Part shown: positions 44,001 through 61,352 of the stretch, piece by piece
How the letters are laid out: the number at the start of each line of letters is the position of its first letter
How positions within the stretch are numbered: the stretch's first letter is position 1
NCBI GenBank assembly: GCA_040954595.2
Contig: CM082596.2
Location: 4,271,025-4,335,024, forward strand
Source: Balanoglossus misakiensis
Lineage: Eukaryota > Animalia > Hemichordata
DNA length: 64,000 nucleotides
Direction of reading: 5' to 3'
Made by a program: the position numbers and the translations under genes
Notes under the pieces: generated by a model
Database searches by the model: none
What the model was told of the DNA's origin: nothing
Seen by the model: only the letters and a program-made list of their open reading frames with translations

Positions 44001-44128
44001 CGAATTTTCAAAATTTGGTGATTTTTTGATAAAAACCATGGGTTATAGCCCATGAAAATCGTCCAGAAACCTCAATTTTTCGACTTCGCGAATTTTCAAA
44101 ATTTGGTGATTTTTTGATAAAAACCATG
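23034..44128 (-). repeat. Same 88-bp satellite in reverse orientation, right arm (~240 units)
   Basis: From AAATCATGGGTTATAGCTCATGAAAATCG at 23034 the unit is the reverse complement of the left arm. It ends at ...AAAAACCATG (44128), followed by unique sequence. Confidence 0.99.
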
Positions 44129-45055
44129 AGATTCACTCCATCTCTGACGTTTTCGTGTGTAATGTTAAGTAAATTGTACATGCATGTGAGATGACCTTGC
44201 AAATAAAATGTAACACAATCTTGTCAGATATTTTCCAAATTAACCATACTTTAATTCAAAGATCCATAACACCAACAACAGATATTACATGTATCCATGG
44301 GGTTATTGGGCATTTGGCCATGTCATAGTAAGCAGAATAGAAATTGAAACACATGACAAAAATACGGCAATATCGTCAAAACTCAATTAAGTGATACAGC
44401 AACATGTTTTCCTGTGACAATATTGAAAGTGGGCATTACAGACGGGGATAGAAATCTCTTTTCTGATATTACTTTCAGATAGTCACTTTCCACAGCCAAA
44501 GTCAGAGACAATGTCTATGTCTTACTCAATACACACGTCAAAGATGTGAGTCAGAGTTTGATAGCTACAATACCTTCAAGTACACTTTGTGTTTTCTGTT
44601 GACATCTTCCAAAAGTACATTTCAAACAATTTCTTCCAAAAGCAGTTTTTTTTTCTGAGCAACTCAAACAATTTTGTTTTTCAAAGCAACAATTTGAAAA
44701 TTCAACCATAATAGACTGGTCTACCAAATAAATCATATTACTTAAATGTTCACATAATTACATGTACATGAGGATTATTTAAAACATCGCAAATATTAAA
44801 TGAAAAAACTCCTTAAATGTACATAAAATGGTTTCATGGTTAAATTAATGCTAGCATATTTTAGGCTACTACTACATAGAATCTTGACAAACTGATGTCT
44901 GTTTTGCTTCTCCTGGTATCTTCTTATTTCTTGTTTTTCTTCTCCTAAAAACAAAGAAAATTAAAATACATGAAAAAAGTCATGAATTTGTCATTTTTGG
45001 GGCGTGTATGAGCTATAACCCATGAATATGACATGAAAATGCTGAAGGTGACCAA

Positions 45056-45094
45056 AATGAATGAATGAATGAATGAATGAACGAAGGAAGGAAG
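45056..45094 (+). repeat. (GAAT)n/(GAAG)n microsatellite
   Basis: AATGAATGAATGAATGAATGAATGAACGAAGGAAGGAAG read directly. Confidence 0.85.
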
Positions 45095-45358
45095 TTATTT
45101 CTTGTGGAGACAAATACCAAAATATACAGTGACAAATTAGTATTGTACTAGCACAATGTATCACATGCACAGAGCACACGTCCTAGATTATGAATAATAA
45201 GGACACTGTCCTGTAAGACGCAACACAGGCAATAATAAACAACAGAGGTGGAGGGGGAGGGAGGATTTGTCCCCTCTACTGGTGTATTTTCTGAAATTTT
45301 AGGAGTCTTCCGATTTATTACTAGTATTATTACGATACAGATCATTATACAGATCCTT

Positions 45359-45453
45359 TCTATGTCGACAGTTTTAAAGTGTACTATATGCAATCATGCT
45401 AATATATGTCTATGTCGACAGTTTTGAGGTGTACTATATGCAATCATGCTAAT
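45359..45453 (+). repeat. Two-copy direct repeat, period 50 bp
   Basis: TCTATGTCGACAGTTTT(AAAG/GAGG)TGTACTATATGCAATCATGCTAAT at 45359 and 45409. Confidence 0.9.
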
Positions 45454-46333
45454 GTACAGGTCGTAAGTTTATCTGAAATACATCTTTTCAATGGACCCCA
45501 TGACCCCTGGAAGCTATCGGGCAAATACAATATCTCGGGGAATCAATGTGTACACAAATGGCGGCAACCTCTTGACTTCTGACCGATTTCTGTGGCGAGC
45601 TCTTTACTTGTGTCGACTAAGTTTTATTTCCTTTGGCACAGAGGACAAAGTGTTGCGAGTAAAACAGCTTACACCTCCAAAGGTAAGGACGGTTATTGTT
45701 TGGCCCCGGGGGAACCTTTAGACTATAGGTTGCCGATCTGTGGCAATGCACACAGATAGGGCACAAGGGGCGGTGATGGTGGTGAAAAAACACAAATCAT
45801 TCAAGTCTAATCACTTATAATGTAAATCATTTAAAACTCGTGTCATGTAACAACTGCAACTTTGGTTCTCGTTAACTGTCCACCATGCATTTGCGCGTGC
45901 GATTACAACAGTACAGTGCCATTCTATATTTGCTATTTCCGTATCTGTAACAACATTATAACATGTACTGGAGGTCTAGCTGTAATTTGGAACCCTCTGG
46001 GTATGGGGTCAAAGGTGGAACTTTTCACTACAGTATTAGCTCATAATATATGAACGATGGCTTGTATGTGGAGAAACTCAGACACCAATGACCATGCAGG
46101 CTTACTCAGTAGCCACACCAAGGTGTTAGTAAAACATCTCGAAATAAAACTAAAGAATGCTTGACAACGGTGTACGAACGAATACAATACATATTTCAAC
46201 ACCATACGAAATCCAGACTTTATTGTTTGAAGTACGGTCACGGTGTAAAGGGTACTGATCGCATGTTGTAAAAAAGTTTCAGTTATTTGTACAACATAAA
46301 TCCATAAACGCTTTAATTTCTTGCTATTGTTAG

Positions 46334-50937
<4,604 letters not shown>

Positions 50938-51085
50938 TGAACCTGTAGCGTTCCAGTGATTGAAATTAAATAAACCGACTATGGCTGACAAATCTGGGTT
51001 ACTGAGTCAGTTTCATCAGCATCTAGAGAATGTCAAAGTACACAGCAGGTTGATCTGAAACATCGTGCTTCATTGTCTGTCGCAG

Positions 51086-53710
51086 TTATTTTCGACTCAG
51101 CGGTGGGATACACACAACATCCCCTAACTGTTCTGCCAATGATGACAAAATCTGTCCATGTTTGCTTCTTTCCGCCTCCAAGTCCATCAGTAACTGATCT
51201 TTGACTTTTCTCATATTCTCTATTTTGGTCCTGATATTTCCGACTGTTTCCTGCTTTTCTAACTCTTTAAAATTCTTCTGTTTGTTTGGAGTTGACATTT
51301 TCCCCCTGAGTAAGTATTTTGGAAGGCTGTTCCCTGTGGCTGTAACTTTCGGTTTCCGTGGATACTGGTCGATACAATCCATGACATCGATTTCAATTTC
51401 TTTCAGACTGTAGTCCATGACATGTTTCTGGGCCAAAACTGCAATCTGTATAGAAGATGATATACAAATTGTTATTAATGACTATGACCTGCTTTTCATG
51501 ATTTTCTGTGGTTGGAACACAGTGGACATCATTTTTGATTCTAATAAACAGTTCCGTTCTACAAAGGTACTACAGTATTGCTTGCCTCTATAGAAATACC
51601 CATAGACCTGACACTCCCCCCTAATAAGGACTACCCACTACGTCCAGATTTTGCCTCGCCAAATTTCAGTTCACGCTTGTATTTTCCACAAAATCAACCA
51701 TACTTTACCTTATTCCTGGCCAGTCTGTCAACCACTGTGGCATCGCCATGGCAATCATTCAGTGTAACTGCCATATCAGAATGTAGATCCATCAGCTGAT
51801 AGGATATTGAGTATGTTGTCATGGTAACATCTCCATATGTAAAAACACCAGTCGTTTGGCTCTCTGACGCGCCATCTTGAAATTTGGCTTCAATTACACT
51901 TTCCTGTCATTTGATCACAAGAGAAGAAGAACACATGACATCATGATTGACATGTAGTACTTGGGGTTCACGGATGCAGACATTTTGATTTCAGGTGCAA
52001 ATGCCACTAACGGACATCAATTGAAGTATACTATTTTAGAATCTTACCATCCACTTCCAAAATACATCTTCACTTTCCTTCCACTTCACAAGACATTGCA
52101 ATCTGTTGTTTTCTGCTTCTACAAAGTCATAGAACTGTTGACAAAAATACAAAAATGTGGTAAGAAATGATGTAAGCTGTTACTGTGTACTGCACAGGCG
52201 CGAAACCTGGAGATTGTCTAAGTTACTGATTTATCTGGATGCATTGTTTGAAAATTATTACGTAAGAGCTGCACTGAATTTAGGAGGCAAAGGTTACATG
52301 GTCTGATTGAGAAATGTTTTATCCTATACTATCCCACAAATGATAAGACACTATTTCAGACATACTCCGAAATCTGACTGTTATCTACATTTAGTTATAA
52401 GGTATACATGTAGCTTACCTTGTGAAGTTGTTTAGGATAGCGCAACAGGTATGTTTCTTCAGAAGACAGATGAGGAGATGAACTTGTGGTGGAAACTCCT
52501 TGAGTTGATTTGTGAACACGATGACTTATATTCTGTTTTTCAACTTCCATGGAATAAAGTCCCCTCAAATTTAGCTGCAGTCTTCCGTGTAGCCACAGCA
52601 CATATTTTGCAAAGTTCCCGAGGTCACCCACTTTTTGTTGAGTAAGACCTGTTTGACTTCTTGCATTGGGACGCACATGGTCACTGTTTCTGAGATTGTG
52701 AAGAAAGTCATCGGCCAGGCCCTGCCGATTTGCCATCAGTTCGTCAATAATGTTATATTTGGCAATCATCCAAGCGAGCGCCAGGAGCAATTCTCTACTC
52801 TCGCAGAACTCCACAGTCGTTGGGTGGAGTAAAAATGTCGCTCTGTATCCGCAGGTGTACAGTTGATGCTTCACTGATGTCACCACATCCTGTATTGGTA
52901 ATGCTTCCCTTGCATCCTTTGTTGGAAATTCACTGTGATATCTGAAGTGCAGCAACTCATACAGCAGAATCCAGAATGGTTGCACCTGACAGAAAATGCA
53001 TTGAATCATTAAGGTTCATGACAAAATATATATCAGCACAACTACATGTAGTATGCTTGGGGGCCGAAACGACTGGGGCCATAAAACTTAAGGGCCAAAA
53101 CGACCTGTTCACGCTAGTTTGACCACTGGGAGCTCTTTCTCCTTGTTTCATATGTTTGTTTGTACAAAAATGTATGTGTTTTTAAGTAGTTGTTAGTTAC
53201 TGATTGACAAAATGAACAAGATGTTTGTTTGTTTACAAATATGGTTGTATATATTTGTTTGACAGGTTAGGTTTTGGGTTGTGGTAATTTAGGGTTAGGA
53301 TTTGGGTTCATTCACTCCCTCTAGGGAATGATGCCGTGAAGACTCAGTGAATGAACCCCAACCCTAACCCTTACCCCAACCCTAACTGTTGAATATACAT
53401 GTAATTCCTAACCATAACGGTAACCTGTCAACAAACAAACATGACCATATATAAACAAACAAGTTTAAGCAAGCAAGCAAACAAACAAACAAACAACATA
53501 CTATATCAATCAACAACAAACATACACACTACAAACAAGGAGGAAGAGCTCCCTATGTTTGACCTTGGACGTTCATGTTTTGACATTGAATGATATACTT
53601 ACTGCTTCGTGTTTATTAAATTTTGCCTGTCGGAACTGTTCTGCTGTGATTTTGGTTGTGCCACTTGTCGTCAACCCTCGACACAATAATTCGAGGTTTT
53701 CGCGTATCAT
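51086..53710 (-). CDS. TEDC1: Tubulin epsilon and delta complex protein 1 (C14orf80 homolog), ~438 aa
   Basis: Exons (minus) 53710-53603, 52985-52419, 52134-52048, 51903-51709, 51445-51086, all phase 0 GT-AG. Recognised motifs AEQFRQAKFNKHEA|VQPFWILLYELL, SRELLLALAWM, PHLSSEETYLLR, EAENNRLQCLVKWKESEDVFWKWM|ESVI. The start ATG at 53710 is a choice, not proven. Confidence 0.82.
53128..53553. mobile_element. ~426-bp palindromic (MITE/foldback-like) element in TEDC1 intron 1
   Basis: Ends GGGAGCTCTTTCTCCTTGTTT and AAACAAGGAGGAAGAGCTCCC (20/21 inverted match). Nested inverted blocks GTTT/AAAC runs, TTGACAGGTTA/TAACCTGTCAA and GGGTTCATTCACT/AGTGAATGAACCC. No clear target duplication. Confidence 0.7.
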
Positions 53711-54324
53711 CGCGACCAGCAAATCCTCACGTTTACAATACACTGACAAATACTGTACTACAGCTGGGTCATGTACTGACTTGACAACCAACCGCCTGGC
53801 GTAGCGTTGCTGTCTCTAAGAGGAAAACTTCTACGTCCCATCGACCAACCAGGTACATTTGTACACGGAGTGATCGACAATCGACTCGACATCGGTTGTA
53901 CATGCCAGAAAAAGTCTTCATATGCACCGCTAGCTGTCATTTCCTGCACAAACCTTGGTCTTCATGTTGGTTCCTGTTTTCAATCGTGAGCTGCAGACAG
54001 CATAGGAACCTACCGCTGGCCAAATGACGCGCTCTGATTGGTGGTTGGCGGTGTACGTAACTCCCTAGGAAAGTCTCTGGTTGCTGAATTACGTTTTCGC
54101 TGGTGAGCTAGGGAGTCACATGAAATGTGGGATTCTTAACTTCCGGTATATTCATTACTTTTGGTTTGTTTGCTTGTAATGAGCGATTTTCGGTACTGAG
54201 TTGAGTTTCAAATAGGGGGGGGGGGTGAGATGGTCTCCCCCTCTACCTATATATCATATCATGAAATAAAATTGATGTGGAAAGTAATTTTTCCTTGTAA
54301 GTTGTACCAAGTTTGAGTAAAACT

Positions 54325-54363
54325 TAGTCTGGTATCCAGACCCCAGTGTGGCGTGGATGACTA
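54325..54363. mobile_element. 39-bp internally deleted DNA-transposon remnant
   Basis: Termini TAGTC...GACTA flanked by AGTAAAACT (54316-54324) and AGTAAAACC (54364-54372), an 8/9 direct repeat. Confidence 0.45.
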
Positions 54364-55219
54364 AGTAAAACCAGTCCAGACCCATCCCTAAATCCCCTCC
54401 CCTTCCTGAAACAGGCTTATCATGCCATCAAAGGGTAATATTACAGTTGTATGTCTCGCAAAACCAATACACAAGTTCAAATTGCAAAACCAAAGGTGGC
54501 AAAAAAATGACAGAGTCAGAAACACTTTAGGTATGGATGTAGTTTATTTGCATTTTACATGATTGGATTTGATTACATCTGAAAGATCAATTACACTGGA
54601 AGATGTCTGATTATCAATAACACACTGTCAATCATATCACAACACAAAATGATACAAATTTAATGCATCGCAAAAGAAAGATGAATACTAAGGAATGCCC
54701 AGATGTTTCAAATCATAAAAAAAATTGTTTTACACTACAGCATATTTTCCTGTGTTACTGGCAACATGATACACTCATTTTTTCAAGCACAAAAAATGTT
54801 AATTTTAATAGTGATATCATAATTGAAAAACGAAAAAGATTGACACCTCAGATTTCACACTATTTTTGACTGATTTTCAATACGTGCCCTACACAAGATA
54901 AACTTTTTCACTGATGAAATATGACACAATGTCATTGTTTTCAGTAGATCGGTAGCCTCTCTGTACAGAGTTCAAAAGTCACCTTCATTATCGAACCAGA
55001 CTGAAAATTCACTACATAACCCCATCTCTGTCATAATCAACCTTTCAGGAATGCATAGACATCCTCACCAAGTCATGTACACACAAGAACCTCATCTTTC
55101 CCACTTCCAGGCTTCAAACCACAAAGATTGCTCTCTATACTAATTTTACAGGATGGTGGGATAAATACAAAGTATCAAAATATGCATTTTTTTGACGGAT
55201 TCTGAATCTTTCCAAGGAT

Positions 55220-58200
55220 TTACTTCATGACGGGCATGGCTGTAGCCGCTTTCTGGTGAGAGACGTCTTCAGATCTCCACTGCGATGTGACTGTCTTCAG
55301 TTGGGTGTAGAAATTGACGCCCTAGAAAAATCAAACGAAGAGCATAATCAGATGAACTGTCATTGTCTTAGTAGAAACAGTAATGATGATCAACTTTATC
55401 AGACAATATTTTTGTCTCATTTGGAAATGTATGCAAATTGGTTGTGAACTGCAGTAACAATATGCTACACCCTAGTCTGACTGGGTTGACATACTAAAAG
55501 TGTGACCAATAGAAAGTTTTTGAACATCAAAGATGAACACACAACTTAAGATTTTAACAGCTATAGAGGCTTCTATTGTATAAAAGGAATACTCACAGCT
55601 TTTCCATAGAAATTGCTATCACCCAGGAAAGATCCTCTGGATCCAGTGAAGGAGAACATTGGCAATGGCACCGGAATGGGAACATTGACACCAACCTGAA
55701 AACAACACAGCAACAGGTGAGAGTCAGTCAAGCTACCAGGTCAAGATGATGCCATTCTAAGGACTTTGTTGGTGTATATAAGTCTGTCTATTGTACACTG
55801 TTCTTTTACAGTACTCAGCTGATCTCCTCATGCATGAACATAGCACACAGAGAATGAATAAATACAACCAAAACAACGGGTGGATTCGCTTACCTGTCCA
55901 ACATCAATCTCATTGGTAAATCTTCTGGCAGTAGCTCCATTAGTGGTGAATATAGCAGTCCCGTTGCCATAGGGATTGGTATTGATCAATTGGATTGCGT
56001 CATCCAATGTGTCCACAGTTAGGATAACTAGTACAGGTCCAAAGATTTCCTCTGTGTAACATTTCATGTGCGGCTGTAAGAGGAACAATCAGATTTTGAG
56101 TATTCTTGTGACATGGGCCTTAACCCTTTCACCCCCAATTCCAAGTACAGAGACCAAATTTTACCAGATATAGATTGTTAGCAAAATATTTTGGGGATAG
56201 CAAGGGCCTCAATACAAATGTGAAGTGAATAGTAGGCTAAAGGCAGAAGCGACCCACCTTGACATCAGTGAGAATAGTTGGACCAACAAAGTTGCCCTTC
56301 TCATATCCAGGTACAACGATATTTCGTCCGTCCAGAATAATATTGGCACCATCATCCGCGCCACTTTGTACAAGATCGCATATTCTCTGCTTTGCAGCCG
56401 GTGAAATCACTGGACCCAAGTCAGCACTTGGTTCATTACCTGATGGAAGTTCAAAATAACATCAATGGTGCTTGCTCCTATTTTTAGTGGAAACGATGCA
56501 TTATGATTTACTTGCATACAGACCAGTGCCTCACAAAGACCTCTCAGTGAATTCTTACCAGCTGATACTTTGAGTTTCTTAGCTCTGTCAACCAAATCAG
56601 GAATCCAAGATTTCGACTCTCCCACAAACACGGCAGTTGATAAAGCCATACAACGCTGGCCGGCTGCTCCAAATGCTGCTCCTACCAACTGTAGAATTTA
56701 AAAGGAAAATAGTTATATTAATCTTCTCATTCATAAACAAGGCAGAGAACAGACCATGCTGGATCAACATGAGTTCAGATGACAGTAGATCTAATATTGT
56801 AACCCTCATACCTGGTTGAGAGAATTTTCCTTGTTGGCATCAGGCATGATGACACCATGGTTCTTCGCCCCCATGTTGCTCTGCACACGTTTGCCATTCT
56901 TCGATCCACGTTCATAGATGTATTTACCAGCTTGATCAGAACCGACAAACGAAATTGCTTGGATGTCTGGATGATCACAGATGAAGTTGACCGCTGTAGA
57001 GACAAGACAAGACTCGTGTTCAGCCATTTTCTGATAATGATATCAACAAATGATGTACTAATACAAGCTGTAATATTTGCAGTGACAAAGTTACCACTGG
57101 CTGCTACAACCTAATACATACAAAGCTTGGGAGAAATTGTTAATGTAAACCCAGAAGTTGACATGACCTTGACCTTACCATCGTGTTGACCATGGACAAC
57201 ATTAACAACTCCAGGTGGAAATCCTGCTTGCTTGGCTAACTCCACTAACAACATGGTTGCACCAGGATCACGCTCTGAGGGCTTCATGACCGACGTATTT
57301 CCACACACTGCTGCCAATGGAAACATCTGCAGACAAAGTCACGCAAACGAGTCAGATGACAAGAAGTCAAATCATGAAAACAACACAAACAGTGATGGAG
57401 GAATTAGATCACATGGCTTTCTACTTACCCAGAGTGGAATCATAGCAGGGAAGTTGAACCTGAAACAGAACCATTAGATATTATTGCCTGCAGTAGATAC
57501 ACAAAACAAAAATATAATGAACTTTTACTGCTGTCTATGGCTAATTTACTGCCCACACATCCCTGAAGTACATGTAGAGTATTTAGCAGGAGAAACTCAC
57601 GGTGTAATACCAGCCGTCACTCCCAGGGGAATTCTGAATGAAAAGATGTCCATGTCTTTGGTGACTGATGGTAGCGTCTCACCAAGTTGCAGTGATGTGA
57701 TGGAACAGGTATGTTCAACAACCTCTGCAGACAGACAGACAGAAAGATAGATTGCAAACGATGGGTTCCAAAAAAACTTTCTGACAGCATAATCTAGATT
57801 TCCCTTCAATAAAAGCTCACTGAAAACCTTGCCACATTGTTGACAATACAGATGCTCAGCTGATTTAAAGTTAAACAAGAAACTATCTTGATACTTACGT
57901 AAGCCTCGCATAACATCGCCCTCTGCGTCAACCAATGTCTTGCCTTGTTCCAATGTGATCAGTTTAGCAATTTCTTTCTGCGTGGTTAAAGTAAAATCAG
58001 ACAGCAATGAGATGACCAAACTGTGTTCATAAATATGTTAGGGATCACATTTTCATACCACTTCCGATCTACAATGTAATCAACCAAATATATGTGGAAG
58101 TAAAACTCACCAAATTCTCCTTGATGAGATGCTGGAACTTGAACATGACCTGCTGCCTTCCCAGGATGGAGGTTTCGGACCACGCCGGGAATGCAGCTTT

Positions 58201-59549
58201 GGCGGCCGCAACTGCTGCTTGCATCTCATCCTGCGTGGACTTGGGTACCCTGGTTACCACCTCATTAGTTGCCTACAGGTCAAAGGTCATGAAGAACTCA
58301 CCAGTCTGCACAGGAAAACTCTCATAGTGCACATACATCCTTGACACGTCTAAACATAATACAGTAACAAAATGTCAGCATGAATAGAACCCACTGTATT
58401 AAAAGAGGGCTTTGTTATACTTACAGGGTTATGGACATCAATCCATTCTGTGGCGTTAGACTCAACAAATTCATTGTTGATAAAGTTCTTCGTTGTTGCC
58501 TGAAATTAAATAATACAGCTCATAAAACTCAGCTCCTACAAGTATGAAAGAAGTGGTAATGTAGGGTTTTGCACCTGTTCTACAATGGCTTAGTTCAACA
58601 ATAACAAGCAATTTTTCAGGTTTATTCATGAAAACTTAAGAGATAGTTGGCCTTCAATGCAGTCACTGCAGACTAAAGACCGAATAATGTAAAATACAAA
58701 TTTACTTACCCCAGCAGAGCTGTAGGGTCTGAGAGCCTGAACAATACCGCAGGCCTGAAATATAATTGAGTACAAAATTCATTGCAATGCATGTAAATAT
58801 ATATGACATCTCATAATGCATCATTGACAAAATCAAAAATTAAATTTCTCACTTGATGATAACAAGCAATGGGCCAATCCAACCACAATAGTCAAAATTT
58901 ATGAAATGTGATTCTTTTGTTGTGGGAGAGAGTCCTTATGAATTATTCATGTAAAGTATGATGTCACAAAATTCTGATTCACTTATTGGTCCAGTAGATG
59001 ACACACCCCCTTGACTCTACAGTATTGCCCTATAAAAAGCCAGAACCAGAACTGCAAAACAGTGTTTGCTAGAATGATTGATTGTATACATTCCCAGTTC
59101 CCACCCAGACACTGAGACAGTCGTCCTTCATCATGTGGACAATTTAGAGTAAGAGGGACTTGTTGAACAAAACCTGACCCAGTCAGCAACTGTGGTAATA
59201 ATACTAATATTCCTTAAACTGTCTCAACTGTCTACTGACATGCCCGGTGGTTCATTCTGCAGTTCTAAACTAGCTCGTAGCTACAGGCCATCGCACCATG
59301 TACCCACAGCAAAGACTGACCCACATTCGCACGATGCATGATGTACATATGTAGGGCATCGTGCCGTTTCGTGTCACGCCACTCCCGACAGAGTACCTTA
59401 CCAATACCATCATTACATTCTACCTCGCATGCAAACCATTTTACAAAAATATATATAACAGTCACTGGTGTCCTCTTTTAAAAACGAGGATAAATGTGCC
59501 ACGCTACCTTAGATCTGACGTGGATACGTAACATTGCGGCCGCCATCAT
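55220..59549 (-). CDS. ALDH6A1: Methylmalonate-semialdehyde dehydrogenase (acylating), mitochondrial; canonical copy B, ~526 aa
   Basis: 14 GT-AG exons (minus): 59549-59508, 58754-58710, 58499-58425, 58272-58111, 57977-57899, 57724-57601, 57459-57429, 57326-57179, 56993-56812, 56688-56559, 56439-56258, 56073-55894, 55695-55597, 55321-55220 (sum 1581 nt). N-terminus [27 protein letters not shown] resembles a mitochondrial presequence. Motifs [50 protein letters not shown]. Confidence 0.96.
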
Positions 59550-60049
59550 GCAAGAACGTTCTGCGAGGTCATCAAAGGTCACCACTGACTCCCTAACTCC
59601 AGCGGAAAAATTCCAATCTAATACACGTACGTGAGGGATGGTGCACTGACTCTGTAGAAGCGGTTTTCCGGAAACCTTCTCCGCCAATTGAGCTTTTATT
59701 GTTGCTTTTTGACCAAAAATGTATTATAAACGTTTGCCAACATGTACGGTGTCAGTACAGCACTTGGATATAGTGACCGACATGGTTTTTGAATGTGTGT
59801 GATTTCATCATTTTGGTGAGACAAATTAGGCCTATAAGATGAATTTGCAAAATTCCCCTTTTATATGTTTTATCAGTGTTAAGCATGATCAAAACGTGAA
59901 CAAACGTGGCATTGTACGTGTTAATACGCGTACCACCAGCTAATACAGAGATCATCGACTAAAACCAACAATGACCCTACTGGTCTCATGATAGTGATTG
60001 GGCGTACACCTGTATGACCACACACAGCAATGTCCAGTCCGGCCGCTTG

Positions 60050-60080
60050 TGACGTCAGAGGGTTTTTCCCGGGTATTTCC
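60050..60080. promoter_or_regulatory. CRE plus two tandem kappaB-like sites
   Basis: TGACGTCA 60050-60057, GGGTTTTTCCC 60060-60070, GGGTATTTCC 60071-60080. Confidence 0.55.
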
Positions 60081-61300
60081 AACTTGTACGCAAGTAGAGT
60101 GTCGCAGTGAACAAATACTTTGTGGGATTCACCCAAAATGACTTCATTTCAAAACTCTCTTCAAAGGTGACAATGCCGTGTCTTTGTTTATAACTGACAG
60201 ATACGGAAAGTCGCGGTTACTATGACATCACAGTCCTATCATGTGATGTTTCGCATTGACGTCTTCTCCCCTTTAATATCTGGTAGACCGTACAGTAAGC
60301 CACCATTGAAACCAAGTGGATCGGAAAATGCATTGACGTCAACTGTTGTAGAGTTCTGATGGCGATGTATAAATATTATGATGGACCCTTACTTGGAAAT
60401 ACTGCGATTGGGGTTTCAACCTGTGGCATTTAACGTTTACACATGCAATTTATCGGGTACATTGCAAAGCAACTATTTGAAATGCATGGACGCATTAATT
60501 ATAGCACAACATTTCTGAATACAGTATTACAATCAAGGTAGAGGGACTGTACATGTGGTGCAATATAGTAATGTTGTAAATTGCTCGTATGTGATGTACT
60601 CATATACTGAAAATAAGAGATTATTACGTCAAATCCGACGAAACAGGCATAAGTGGTTTATTTGATGACATTTCATGGTCACACCAAAAAGGTCAGCAAA
60701 TAATTGGCTGACGAATGCTTGCAAGTCAGACACACCTGGTGAGATCATAACAGTATGGAAAACACCCCCGTTTAAATGATGACTGACAGCTTTCTTAGTT
60801 TGCGACAACCGAATATTACTAAGTTTGGTAATATCTTTCCGTTATTGTACCCGCGTTTAATTATATCCAAGGAACGTGCCAACTTAACTGTCATTGTACT
60901 ATCAAGACTTTCGAATGAGGTTCAACGTTAGGCCTACTCCATAGTTGGTTATTTTGCCATTATTTTAGTGAGTTCCCCGACAGTTCGAGTGAATGTTTGC
61001 GTTGATTTCTAAATGTCACAGAAGTGGAAGACCAAACCGTGATTTACTTTCCGTGGAAATTCTATAAACTTCCCGATGAGAAGAGAAGTGATACTGTATA
61101 CTGGATTGTCAAATTAATTCACCAAGAATTCCCATCCGGCCTACATGTATTACTAAACAATTACTGGTGCCCAATTTGGTCTCCCTTTTATAACATACAT
61201 ACATAGTTATATGCGTTTTTTTATTTTTACGGGTGTTTCACCTTCATGGATTGCCGAACAGCGAATATGAAAACTGTATTTATTTCTTGGAAATAAGCAG

Positions 61301-61352
61301 TGGTGGTGATGATGATGATGATGATGACGATGATGATGATGATGATGATGAT
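61301..61352 (+). repeat. Short (GAT)n microsatellite
   Basis: Read directly. Confidence 0.9.

Noticed and set aside
68-44128. CRISPR array
   Set aside because: No unique spacers, the whole 88 bp repeats, there are no cas genes, and the context is intron-containing eukaryotic DNA.
68-44128. Classical foldback transposon with exact terminal inverted repeats
   Set aside because: The two ends stop at different unit registers (GTCGAAAA versus CATGGTTT) and no target-site duplication or transposase is visible; kept only as a hypothesis.
1156-44202. ORFs at 1156, 17578, 19244 and 44008-44202
   Set aside because: Chance read-through created by point or indel variants of the satellite; most units contain stops.
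51815-51828. RFX X-box-like GTTGTCATGGTAAC in the centriolar gene TEDC1
   Set aside because: It lies inside a coding exon ~2 kb from the start and is explicable by codons; no other support.
53260-53420. Interstitial telomere fusion site
   Set aside because: The repeats are few, degenerate and nested in a short terminal-inverted-repeat element.
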